A stretch of 58,309 bases of DNA from a bacterium (GTDB taxonomy: Bacteria; SAR324; JACQKK01), in NCBI GenBank assembly GCA_041476685.1, contig JBGOTW010000001.1:1-58309 (forward strand), given 5' to 3'. Within the stretch, counting starts at the first letter, position 1. Every line of letters starts with the position of its first letter. Made by a program: the position numbers and the translations under genes. The notes below the pieces were generated by a model that saw nothing but the letters and a program-made list of their open reading frames with translations, was not told the DNA's origin and ran no database searches. Below, in pieces: positions 38,230-45,876 of this stretch.

Positions 38230-39108
38230 ATGCCGGCGGCCGAATGTCCGGCCTTGGCGGGGAGGGCGTGGGTGGTTCCTCAACTAGATCACGTCGTGGT
38301 GGACGTGCAGGACCGGATCGAGGAGGCGGCGCGGCGCTATCGGGCGCTCGGCTTCCGCCTGACCGAGCGCGGGCGCCACTCGCTGGGTTCGGTCAATCAC
38401 CTCGCCATGTTCGATTCCGACTATCTGGAATTGCTCGGCACCGGGGATGTAAAAGGCGAGGCCCGGTCCGATCTCGCCGGCTTCCCGATCGGCCTTAACG
38501 GGCTGGTCTTCAAGCTGGAAAATGCCGGGCAACGGTACGCCGACCTGCGCGAGCGCGGCGTCCCGGTGCTGCCGGTGCAGTCCTTCTCCCGGCCCGTGGA
38601 CCTGGACGGCCGCCGCGAGGAGGCGCGCTTCCATGTGGTGCGGCTCGAACCGCGCGCCGTGTTCGACGGCCGGGTCTATTTTTGCGAGCATCTGACGCCC
38701 GGACTCGTCTGGCGCCCGGAGTGGCAGGATCATCCGAACGGGGCGCTGGCCCTCACGCGGGTCGTGATCGCGGCGCAGGAGCCGGCGCGGGTCGCCGGGA
38801 TGTTCGAGCGCATGTTCGGAGCCGGCGCCGACGAAGCCGGAGCTGAAGGCAGCCGCGTCGTGCAGGCGGGGAACGTCAGGATCGAGCTGGTCCCCCACGC
38901 CGCGCTCGCGCGCCGCTTGGGCGATGCGATGCCCGACGCCCAAGGCCGCTCGGACCACATGGCGCTGCTCGGCATCCGGGTGCGCGCGCTGCAGCGGGCC
39001 GCGGACGCGCTGCGGGCAGGCGGGATCGGCGGCCTGCGCGTGGAGGCGGACCGGATCCTGGTGCCTCCGGCCGCGGCGATGAACGTTGCCCTGGAGTTCA
39101 GCGCATAG
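38230..39108 (+). CDS. VOC / glyoxalase-like domain protein
   Basis: LDHVVVDVQDRIEEAARRYRALGFRLTERGRHSLGSVNHLAMFDSDYLELLG and YFCEHLTPGLVWRPEW resemble glyoxalase-like (PF13468-type) proteins. The start is uncertain: the GTG at 38272 has a better RBS (GGGGAGGG). Confidence 0.65.
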   Translation: MPAAECPALAGRAWVVPQLDHVVVDVQDRIEEAARRYRALGFRLTERGRHSLGSVNHLAMFDSDYLELLGTGDVKGEARSDLAGFPIGLNGLVFKLENAGQRYADLRERGVPVLPVQSFSRPVDLDGRREEARFHVVRLEPRAVFDGRVYFCEHLTPGLVWRPEWQDHPNGALALTRVVIAAQEPARVAGMFERMFGAGADEAGAEGSRVVQAGNVRIELVPHAALARRLGDAMPDAQGRSDHMALLGIRVRALQRAADALRAGGIGGLRVEADRILVPPAAAMNVALEFSA

Positions 39109-39379
39109 GAAATCAGCACGGTGAAGGCGGGCAGGGGCGCCGAAGAAGGCGGAAATCGAACCCAATATCGCTGGGGATCGCACAAGCCTGCGCCGCCGGC
39201 GCTGAGCCGGATTCTGGCGACAAACCCGCCCGCGCGGCTGTGAAGCCTCGTTCTTGTCGGATTTACTCTGTTATAACAGTTGGTTGAGAAAATTCACCAA
39301 AACGAACCCAACCCGCTTGCCCGGGGCCGCCTCCCGCGCCGCGCGCCGCTGACACCCGGGCACGCCCAACCCACGTGGC

Positions 39380-41068
39380 CTACACCGTCCCGTCCACCAG
39401 CACGTCGAGCAGGGTGGGCTTGCCGCTGGCAAAGGCGGCGCTGAGGGCCGGGCCCAGCTCTGCCGGATCGGACACCCGGCGGCCTTCCAGCCCGAAGCCG
39501 CGCGCCAGGTCCACGTAGCCCAGGTCGGGGTCCGTCAGGTCCATGTGCGGATGGGGCCGCTCGCCGCCCGTGCCGAAGTCGCGCCGGTAGCGGTTCATGT
39601 TGATCTTGAGGATGCGGTACGCCTTATTGTTGAGGATGATGAACACAACGGGCAGCTTGTGGTGCGCCGCCGTCCAGAGGGCCTGGATCGTGTAGAGGGA
39701 CGAGCCGTCGCCGGAGATGCACAGCACGGGCCGGTCGGGGTGGGCGAGCTTGACGCCGATGGCGCTGGGCAGGCCCTGGCCGATCCCGCCCCCGCGCGGC
39801 CCGTAGAAGTCCGACGGCTCGGTGACGGGGAGGGTGCGGAACAGGTCCGGCGCGGCGGTGATGGCTTCATGGACTATGATGACGCGCTTGGGCAGCGCCT
39901 TGCGCACCTCCAGCATCAGCCGCGCCGAGCTCATCGGGCGCTTCTCGCCGGCATGCTCGATGCGCGCCTGCTGCTTCTCCCACTCCTGGGCCTTGAGCTT
40001 GGCCAGCGCGGCGCGAGCGGCCTCGGCGCGGGCGGTGAAGGCCGGCGTGGCCTTCGCGGCGACCGCCCGGCTCAGCGCCCTCAGCCCGGCCTTCGGATCG
40101 GCGACGAGGCCGACGGTGATGGGCAGATTGCGCGCGAGCTGACGAGGGGCGGCATCCAGTTGGATCACGGCGGCGCCCTCGGGAAACGGGGAGCCCACCG
40201 TGTGCCAGACTTCCTCGAAGAACTCGCCGCCCACCAGCAGCACCGTGTCGGCGCCGCCCAGGCTCTGCCGGATCAGGGTATGGTCGCCGGGCAGGCGGTC
40301 GCGGAAGTGCGGATGGCCGGTGGGGAAGTTGAGCTGCGCGATCAGCACCTCGCCCCACACCGGCGCCCCGATCTGCTCGGCCAGGGCCACCAGCTCCTTC
40401 ACCGCGCCGGAGCGGCCCACGCCGTCCCCGCAGATGATCGCCGGCCGGGCGGCCGAGACAAGCAGCCCCGCCGCTTCGTCCACGCCGGCCGGATCGGGCA
40501 GGGTGCGGGAGAAGATCCGGGCGGGCTGCATGGGCGGATGGGCCGTGTCCTGCTCCATCACGTTGATCGGCAGCGCCACGAACACCGGCCCGCTCGGCTC
40601 CTCCCGTGCGACCTTGAAGGCGCGGTTGAGCAGCAGCGGCATCTCGTCCGCCGTCTCGGCCTGCACGCTCCACTTCGTCAGGGGTGCGGCCATCGCGACC
40701 AGGTCGTGCCCGAGCAGCGGCTCGCGCAGGCGGATGCGGGTGTCCTGCTGGCCGGCCGTGACGAGCAGGGGCGTGCGGCCCTCCCAGGCGTTGTAGAGCG
40801 AGCCCAGCCCATTGCCGAGCCCGGGTGCGACGTGCAGGTTGACCACGCCCACCTTGCCCGTGGCCTTCGCGTACGCGTCGGCCATGCTGACGGCAGCCGC
40901 TTCCTGCAGGGACACGATGTACCGGATGCCCGGATACTCGAGCAGCGCGTCGAGGATCGGCGACTCGGTCGTGCCCGGATTGCCGAACAGGGTGTCCACG
41001 CCCTCGGCGAGGAGGGTTTCCATGAAGATCTGCCTGCCCTTGTACGTCTTGCCTGAAGCTTTGGCCAT
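39380..41068 (-). CDS. Thiamine-diphosphate-dependent enzyme (benzoylformate decarboxylase / acetolactate synthase large-subunit-like)
   Basis: The start is the ATG at 41068 (MAKASGKTYKGRQIFMETLLAEGVDTLFGNPGTTE). The ThDP motif is ISGDGSSLYTIQALWTAAHHKLPVVFIILNNKAY. The 211-codon upstream extension in the track stays open only because it runs through 15-nt repeats. Confidence 0.9.
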   Translation of the reverse strand: MAKASGKTYKGRQIFMETLLAEGVDTLFGNPGTTESPILDALLEYPGIRYIVSLQEAAAVSMADAYAKATGKVGVVNLHVAPGLGNGLGSLYNAWEGRTPLLVTAGQQDTRIRLREPLLGHDLVAMAAPLTKWSVQAETADEMPLLLNRAFKVAREEPSGPVFVALPINVMEQDTAHPPMQPARIFSRTLPDPAGVDEAAGLLVSAARPAIICGDGVGRSGAVKELVALAEQIGAPVWGEVLIAQLNFPTGHPHFRDRLPGDHTLIRQSLGGADTVLLVGGEFFEEVWHTVGSPFPEGAAVIQLDAAPRQLARNLPITVGLVADPKAGLRALSRAVAAKATPAFTARAEAARAALAKLKAQEWEKQQARIEHAGEKRPMSSARLMLEVRKALPKRVIIVHEAITAAPDLFRTLPVTEPSDFYGPRGGGIGQGLPSAIGVKLAHPDRPVLCISGDGSSLYTIQALWTAAHHKLPVVFIILNNKAYRILKINMNRYRRDFGTGGERPHPHMDLTDPDLGYVDLARGFGLEGRRVSDPAELGPALSAAFASGKPTLLDVLVDGTV

Positions 41069-41232
41069 GAAGTCCGCGCGCATGCGCCCGCAAAGCCGCG
41101 CCGGGCGCGTGGCCTGGGGCAGCGTGATGAAGAGGGGATCGGCAACCTGGCGCACTTGTACTGCCCGGCCGCGCGCTTGACAAGGCTTGCCCCGGGGCGG
41201 CCCCGCTCCCTGCGCGCCGCAAGGGTGACTGG

Positions 41233-41352
41233 CCGCAGCCCCTCGGGCGCCAGTCCCCTCAGCCGGCTGACCCTCGGCCCGCAGCCCCCGCAGTCGGCAC
41301 CCCTGAGCCGGCAGCCCCTCAGCCCGCAGCGCCTCGCCGCAAGCCTCGGACG
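41233..41352. repeat. Intergenic tandem array, 8 x 15 nt (consensus about ccGCAGCCCCTCag)
   Basis: ccgcagcccctcggg / cgccagtcccctcag / ccggctgaccctcgg / cccgcagcccccgca / gtcggcacccctgag / ccggcagcccctcag / cccgcagcgcctcgc / cgcaagcctcggacg. The array lies in the divergent spacer between the ThDP-enzyme gene and the coiled-coil ORF. Confidence 0.8.
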
Positions 41353-41468
41353 CGCCGCGGCGCGATCGTGCTAGGATGCAGGTGTGGCCGGCAGACAGCG
41401 CAGCCGCGCCGCCCGCGCACCGTTCCCGCACGGCCGCCCGCCCTCGCACCCGAGCACCCCTTCCGGCG

Positions 41469-41717
41469 ATGGATCCTCTCGATCGGCACAGGCAGCGCGT
41501 GCAGCGCATGCAGGCCGCCCTGGAGCGGCTGCTGGCCCTGCACAGCCAGATCCACGACCTGCAAGGAGAGATCGTGGCCCTTTCCCGGAGCGAGCAGGCC
41601 GACCGGGAGGAGCGCGCGCAGGCGCTGCACGCAAAGGTGCGGGAACTGTTGCCCGAGGTGGAGCGAGTGCAGCAGGCGCTGACCCAAGCCGAGGGCGGCA
41701 AGGACGAGGGCGGCTAG
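41469..41717 (+). CDS. Small coiled-coil hypothetical protein (82 aa)
   Basis: MDPLDRHRQRVQRMQAALERLLALHSQIHDLQGEIVALSRSEQADREERAQALHAKVRELLPEVERVQQAL has heptad character and high GC3. Its stop shares the tetranucleotide CTAG (41714-41717) with the convergent ParA-like gene. Confidence 0.45.
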   Translation: MDPLDRHRQRVQRMQAALERLLALHSQIHDLQGEIVALSRSEQADREERAQALHAKVRELLPEVERVQQALTQAEGGKDEGG

Positions 41718-42328
41718 CCGCGCCCGGCCTGCTCCGCCACGCCCTCGGCCAGGCGCAGCAGCCGCGCCCGGAGCGGCTCCGGCAGCGGCTCGCCCAGGTA
41801 CAGGCGCGGGAAGGCGGGATCGTCCGGAATCGGCTCCGGGTGGAGGGGCAGGTGCCACTCGGCGGCCAGTTGCAGCAGCGGCGCCAGGTCCTCCCCGCGG
41901 TGCTGGTTGCACACGATCAGGGGCGCCGCGACTGGCCCCGCCTGGCGCGCCTTGCCGATCACCGCGGCGAACCACGGCAGCGCCCACAGGTCCGGCAGGG
42001 CGGGCCGCAGCGGGACGATCACGCGCCCGCCGGCGCGCAGGATGCTCTCGGTCATCGGGGACAGCCCCGGCGGGCCGTCAACTACGAGCCACTCGGCCAC
42101 TGCCGCGAAGCGTCCCGCCTCCCGCTCCACGATGGGCTGCACCTGCGAGCGCACCTCGACGCGGAACGCCGCGCCGAAGCGGTTGCCCCACTCCGCGCTC
42201 GTGCCCTGGTAGTCCGCGTCGAGCAGCAGCACGCGCGCGCCCTGCGCCGCCAGGCTCGCCGCCAGGCCGATGGCCAGGGTGCTCTTTCCGGTGCCGCCCT
42301 TCTGGTGCAGGAACGAGACGACCCGCAT
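41714..42328 (-). CDS. ParA/MinD-superfamily ATPase, small ParF-like (type Ib) form
   Basis: The deviant Walker A is HQKGGTGKSTLA. LLLDADYQG and VVDGPPG are present. The 204-aa length and layout resemble ParF/IncC-type partition ATPases. No ParB/ParG-like gene is adjacent. Confidence 0.85.
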   Translation of the reverse strand: MRVVSFLHQKGGTGKSTLAIGLAASLAAQGARVLLLDADYQGTSAEWGNRFGAAFRVEVRSQVQPIVEREAGRFAAVAEWLVVDGPPGLSPMTESILRAGGRVIVPLRPALPDLWALPWFAAVIGKARQAGPVAAPLIVCNQHRGEDLAPLLQLAAEWHLPLHPEPIPDDPAFPRLYLGEPLPEPLRARLLRLAEGVAEQAGRG

Positions 42329-42384
42329 GGATTCGGCCCGGGGCTGAAGAGCGAAGGGAGCGCGAGGGGCGCCGCCGCGCGGGA

Positions 42385-42642
42385 CTAGCCCGGCAGCGGC
42401 AGCGCGATCGCCTCCTCCACCAGCATGATCGGGATGTCGTCCCGGATCGGATACAGGTAGCGCCCGTCCTCCCGCACCAGGGCGCCGTCCACCGGCTCGC
42501 TGACCGCCTCGCCCCCGCGGTTGCGCACCCGCCCCGCGCGGATCGCCGCGTTGAGCCGCTCGATCAGGGCGGGCTCGGCCAGCCGCACGGGCTCCTTCGA
42601 TTCGGGACAGGCCAGGATGTGGACCAGCTCGGCGTCGATCAT
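42385..42642 (-). CDS. Trm112/YcaR (UPF0434)-like small protein
   Basis: The start is the ATG at 42642. LVHILACPESKEPV ... YLYPIRDDIPIMLVEEA matches the Trm112-like termini. Only one Cys of the usual zinc-knuckle pairs is retained, and the middle is longer than in E. coli YcaR. Confidence 0.7.
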   Translation of the reverse strand: MIDAELVHILACPESKEPVRLAEPALIERLNAAIRAGRVRNRGGEAVSEPVDGALVREDGRYLYPIRDDIPIMLVEEAIALPLPG

Positions 42643-42752
42643 GGGAATGTCCCCGCGGCAGGGATGCGGTGCAAGACGCGGCGCTTGCCCGCGCGGTGCG
42701 CGTATCGGGCGGAGCGTCAGCCGATCCATCGGATGCCGACTCCGGCGCGGGA

Positions 42753-42869
42753 TGTCAATGGCGGGCACTTCAATGGCCGGCATTTCAGTGGCCGCCATTT
42801 CTGTGGCCCGCGCTTCAATGGCGCGCGATTCAATAGCACGCTATGGGCGCGGCCGCGGCCGTTGAAGCA
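42753..42869. repeat. Iteron-like array: 6 direct 15-nt units (yTTCAATGGCsgsca) plus one inverted partial unit
   Basis: Direct units: tgtcaatggcgggca / cttcaatggccggca / tttcagtggccgcca / tttctgtggcccgcg / cttcaatggcgcgcg / attcaatagcacgct. An inverted copy, gcggccgttgaagca, lies at 42855-42869. The array lies about 110 nt upstream of the Trm112-like/ParF-like gene pair. Confidence 0.8.
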
Positions 42870-43154
42870 TGGAGGCGCGCGGATCCCGGGGCTGAAACCC
42901 CGCCTCTCCTCGCGCGCCCCTGCTCCTCCGCTGCGGCGAGTATTCTCCGGCAGCGAGTCCTTTGCCCGACCAGGAGGGCGCAGGCTGGGGCAAACCCCGG
43001 GCGAGCGGTGCGCCCCTTGAAATAGACCGGGAAATCCCCTAGGGATGGGCGGTGCGCGCTTGGGGAAGCGTGCACAGTGGCTGGCCCGCCGCTCGCTGTG
43101 CTGGAGCGGGGGGAGCAGCCATGCGATCCGGACCATCTGCGAAGCGGGGGAGCC

Positions 43155-43427
43155 ATGACGAAGGCCGAATTCATCGCCAAGGTCAGCAAGCGCGTCAAAT
43201 TGAGCAAGGCCCAGACGGGCAAGATGCTGGACGCAACACTGGACGAGGTGGAGGGTCTGATGAAGAAGGGCGACTCGATCTCGTTCACCGGGTTCGGCAC
43301 ATTCTCCGTCGCGAAGCGCAAGGCGCGCCGCGGCCGGCACCCCCGCACGGGCAACCCGATGAACATTCCCGCGTCGCGCGTCCCGCGCTTCCGGGCGGGC
43401 AAGTTCCTCAGACGCGCGGTGCGCTAG
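43155..43427 (+). CDS. HU/IHF-family nucleoid-associated DNA-binding protein
   Basis: MTKAEFIAKVSKRVKLSKAQTGKMLDATLDEVEGLMKKGDSISFTGFGTFSVAKRKARRGRHPRTGNPMNIPASRVPRFRAGK is a canonical 90-aa HU layout. The RBS is GGGGGAG. Confidence 0.9.
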   Translation: MTKAEFIAKVSKRVKLSKAQTGKMLDATLDEVEGLMKKGDSISFTGFGTFSVAKRKARRGRHPRTGNPMNIPASRVPRFRAGKFLRRAVR

Positions 43428-43775
43428 CCGGCGCGGCGTCAGGCTCGGACTGAAGCTGGATGTGCATGGGGCCCGGCCGGTGGTGCGAATGCCGCGCTTG
43501 TTCCGGCAGGCAGGTCGCCTGCCGGCGGCGTGTCAGCCCGCGGGGCGTCAGCGGACGGCGCATCCGGCACGGTTGCGCTCGCCCATGGAGCGCGGCGCGT
43601 CCTGGTGTCCTGCGCCGGCCATCGCCGCGCAGCGGAGAAGTCGCCGCGGAGAAAACGCCCTCCCGCTGTCGGCCCGCTGGGCGGCCCATTGACGGGGCTG
43701 TGCAAAGTGTCGCAAGCTGCGCCGTCGTGCCCCCGCAGCGCGCGGGGTACCGCATGAAGGGGCCCAGCTGACGTC

Positions 43776-44477
43776 ATGCCCAAATCCGGTCCATCCCAGC
43801 ACGACCTGGCCGCCGAGGTCGCCGAACTCGGCCGCCAGCTGGCCGCCGCCCAGGCCGAGCTGACCCTGCTGCGCACGGAGCTCGACCAGCGCAACCGCGC
43901 CCTGGGCCTGCTGCACGAGTCGCTCAACATCCAGTCCACCGTGGACCCCCTCACGGGCCTGTTCAACCGGCGCGAGTTCCGCAACCGTATGATGGCCGAG
44001 TGGGGCCGCTACAAGCGGCACAAGCGGCCGTTGAGCCTGCTGCTGTTCGACCTGGACCAGTTCAAGCGGATCAACGAGCGGCACGGCCGGGAATGCGGCG
44101 ACGTCGTGCTGCAGGGCATCGGCGCCATCCTGCGCGCCAAGCAGCGGCGGCACGACGTGGACTGCCGCTACGGCGGGGAGGAGTTCGCCGTGCTGCTGCC
44201 GGAGACGTCGCTGGACCAGGCGTTCCTCGTCGCCCGGCAGCTGAAGCGGCGCATCGAGGAGACGGACTTTTCCTGGAAGGAGACCACGGTGCGCGTCACC
44301 GTGAGCGTCGGGGTGTCCAACACGCCCGAGCAGTTCCCGCAGAGCGACGAGGACCTGATCCGCCTGGCGGACGAAGGGATGACGCGCGCCAAGACCGATG
44401 GCGGCCGCGCCATCATCGCCGTGGATCCCCTCGATGCCAGCCGGGTGCTCAGGCAGGATGCCGCGTCAGCGCCATAA
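43776..44477 (+). CDS. Diguanylate cyclase (GGDEF domain) with an N-terminal coiled coil
   Basis: DPLTGLFNRREF, the active site RYGGEEF, and an RxxD I-site (RRHD) five residues upstream. The N-terminal heptad segment is AEVAELGRQLAAAQAELTLLRTELDQ. Confidence 0.9.
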   Translation: MPKSGPSQHDLAAEVAELGRQLAAAQAELTLLRTELDQRNRALGLLHESLNIQSTVDPLTGLFNRREFRNRMMAEWGRYKRHKRPLSLLLFDLDQFKRINERHGRECGDVVLQGIGAILRAKQRRHDVDCRYGGEEFAVLLPETSLDQAFLVARQLKRRIEETDFSWKETTVRVTVSVGVSNTPEQFPQSDEDLIRLADEGMTRAKTDGGRAIIAVDPLDASRVLRQDAASAP

Positions 44478-44483
44478 CCGGGT

Positions 44484-44504
44484 GCAGGGTGCCTCGCACC
44501 CTGC
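44484..44504 (+). terminator. Perfect 9-bp GC-rich stem-loop 7 nt after the GGDEF stop codon (no U-tract)
   Basis: gcagggtgc-ctc-gcaccctgc. The downstream sequence is not T-rich, so intrinsic-terminator function is uncertain. Confidence 0.35.
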
Positions 44505-44655
44505 TGGGGAGTCCGAGGGGTGCGGTTGCCCGGGCAACAGCCCCTCGGAATGCATTTCCGAACAGAGCCTAGGCGCGGCGGACCGCCCGGGCGCTGGCCG
44601 GGCGCGACATGCCGGCCGCGGAGGGTATGCTGGCGGCAAGCAGGCCCGCGCTGTC

Positions 44656-44731
44656 CAGCGGAAGGACTGTGCAGCGGAAGGACTGTGCAGCGGAAGGACG
44701 GCGCAGCGGACGGACTGTGCAGCGGAATCGG
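44656..44731. repeat. Tandem array, about 4.7 x 16 nt (cagcggaaggactgtg)
   Basis: There are two perfect units, two units with 1-2 substitutions, and a partial fifth unit. The array lies in the convergent spacer between the GGDEF gene and cobB. Confidence 0.9.
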
Positions 44732-44748
44732 TACGGCAATCTCAAGAC

Positions 44749-44876
44749 GGCGGCCCTTCAGGATGGCGGCCCTTCAGGATGGCGGCCCTTCAGGATGGCG
44801 GCCCTTCAGGATGGCGGCCCTTCAGGATGGCGGCCCTTCAGGATGGCGGCCCTTCAGGACGGCGGCCCTTCAGGAC
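44749..44876. repeat. Tandem array, 8 x 16 nt (ggcggcccttcaggat), six perfect units plus two ending in c
   Basis: Units start at 44749, 44765, 44781, 44797, 44813, 44829, 44845 and 44861. The last unit contains the cobB stop codon (TGA on the minus strand, 44870-44872). Confidence 0.95.
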
Positions 44877-45661
44877 GGCAGGGGCAGCGGCGCCTCGGGG
44901 GCCACGGCGCGCAGCACCTCCCGCAGGGTATCCCCGGCTCCCGCGCGCACGACCACGGCGGCGTGGGCGTCGTGGGGCGTCTCCTGGTGATTGACGATCG
45001 CCAGGGGGGCGCCGCGCTCGGCGGCCAGCAGCGGAAAGCCCGCCGCCGGATATACGACCAGGGAAGACCCCACCACGAGGAACAGGTCGCACTGCTGCGT
45101 TTCGCGCGTGGCCCGCTCGAGCACCTCCGGCTTGAGCATCTGCCCGAAGGAGATGGTGGCGGGCTTCATCAGTCCGCCGCAGCGCTCGCAGTCCGGCGCT
45201 TCGCCCTGCGCGCTGACGCGGCGCTGGAACTCGTCCCGCGGGTGGGAGTGGCCGCAAGACAGGCAGGCGACGAAGCGGTGCGTGCCGTGCAGCTCGACGA
45301 CCTTGTCCGGGGAGCTGCCCGCCGCCTGGTGCAGCCCGTCCACGTTCTGGGTGACGATCGCGCCCAGGCGGCCCATGCGCTCCAGCTCCACGACGGCATG
45401 GTGGGCGGCGTTCGGCGCGGCCTCGCGAATGCTCTGGTAGAACTCGGTGGTGCGCAGCCAGTAGCGCCGGCGGGATTCCTTGCTCGCCAGGAAGCGGTCG
45501 ATGTGGAATTCGGACGGGTCGTACTTGCTCCAGACCCCGCCGGGGCCGCGGAAGTCGGGGATGCCGGATTCGGTGCTGATGCCGGCTCCACTGAAGACGA
45601 CGATGCGCCGGGAGCGGCGCACCAGGTCGGCGAGCTGCGCGACGGCTGGGTCCATGGCCAT
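44870..45661 (-). CDS. cobB: NAD-dependent protein deacylase (Sir2 family, CobB-like)
   Basis: The start ATG at 45661 directly follows GGAGG on the minus strand. VVFSGAGISTESGIPDFRG, QNVDGLH, the Zn ribbon CLSCGH...CERCGG, and VVGSSLVVYPA are present. The stop codon lies inside the last unit of a 16-nt tandem array. Confidence 0.9.
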   Translation of the reverse strand: MAMDPAVAQLADLVRRSRRIVVFSGAGISTESGIPDFRGPGGVWSKYDPSEFHIDRFLASKESRRRYWLRTTEFYQSIREAAPNAAHHAVVELERMGRLGAIVTQNVDGLHQAAGSSPDKVVELHGTHRFVACLSCGHSHPRDEFQRRVSAQGEAPDCERCGGLMKPATISFGQMLKPEVLERATRETQQCDLFLVVGSSLVVYPAAGFPLLAAERGAPLAIVNHQETPHDAHAAVVVRAGAGDTLREVLRAVAPEAPLPLPS

Positions 45662-45876
45662 CCTCCGCTGTGAGGATCCCCTCCCGCCCACCGCTTGGCG
45701 GGCCCCCCTACGCTGCGCACGGCAGGCCGGGCGGGTCCGCCCCACCCCGGGCCGGGCGCCCGAGTCTAGCACAGCCCGGCCCGCCGGCGCCCGCCGGGAT
45801 TCCCCTGAACCCAGGGCAAACGCAAAGGCCAGAATCAGCCGTGGTGGCACAAGCGTTGCCCGATCGTCCACTCGCG

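Noticed and set aside
39148-39175. tRNA-like T-arm on the minus strand (GGGTTCGATTTCC), possibly a tRNA gene or an att-site remnant.
   Set aside because: No matching acceptor stem, anticodon arm or D-arm can be drawn around it, and the flanking stem bases pair poorly. It is most likely chance or an unrecognisable fragment.
39268-39279. LexA (SOS) box, because of the CTGT...ACAG palindrome.
   Set aside because: The spacing is CTGT-N4-ACAG, not the CTGT-N8-ACAG of proteobacterial SOS boxes. It lies between two convergent 3' ends, not in a promoter.
41069-41701. N-terminal 211-codon extension of the ThDP-enzyme ORF (track ORF 39380-41701).
   Set aside because: The extension is Cys/Arg/Ser/Ala-rich and runs through the 8 x 15-nt array. 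The family-typical N-terminus (..FMETLLAEGVDTLFGNPG..) begins right after the ATG at 41068.
44749-44876. Possible CRISPR array (8 near-identical direct repeats).
   Set aside because: The units are 16 nt and directly head-to-tail with no spacers. No cas genes or leader are present. It is a simple tandem repeat.
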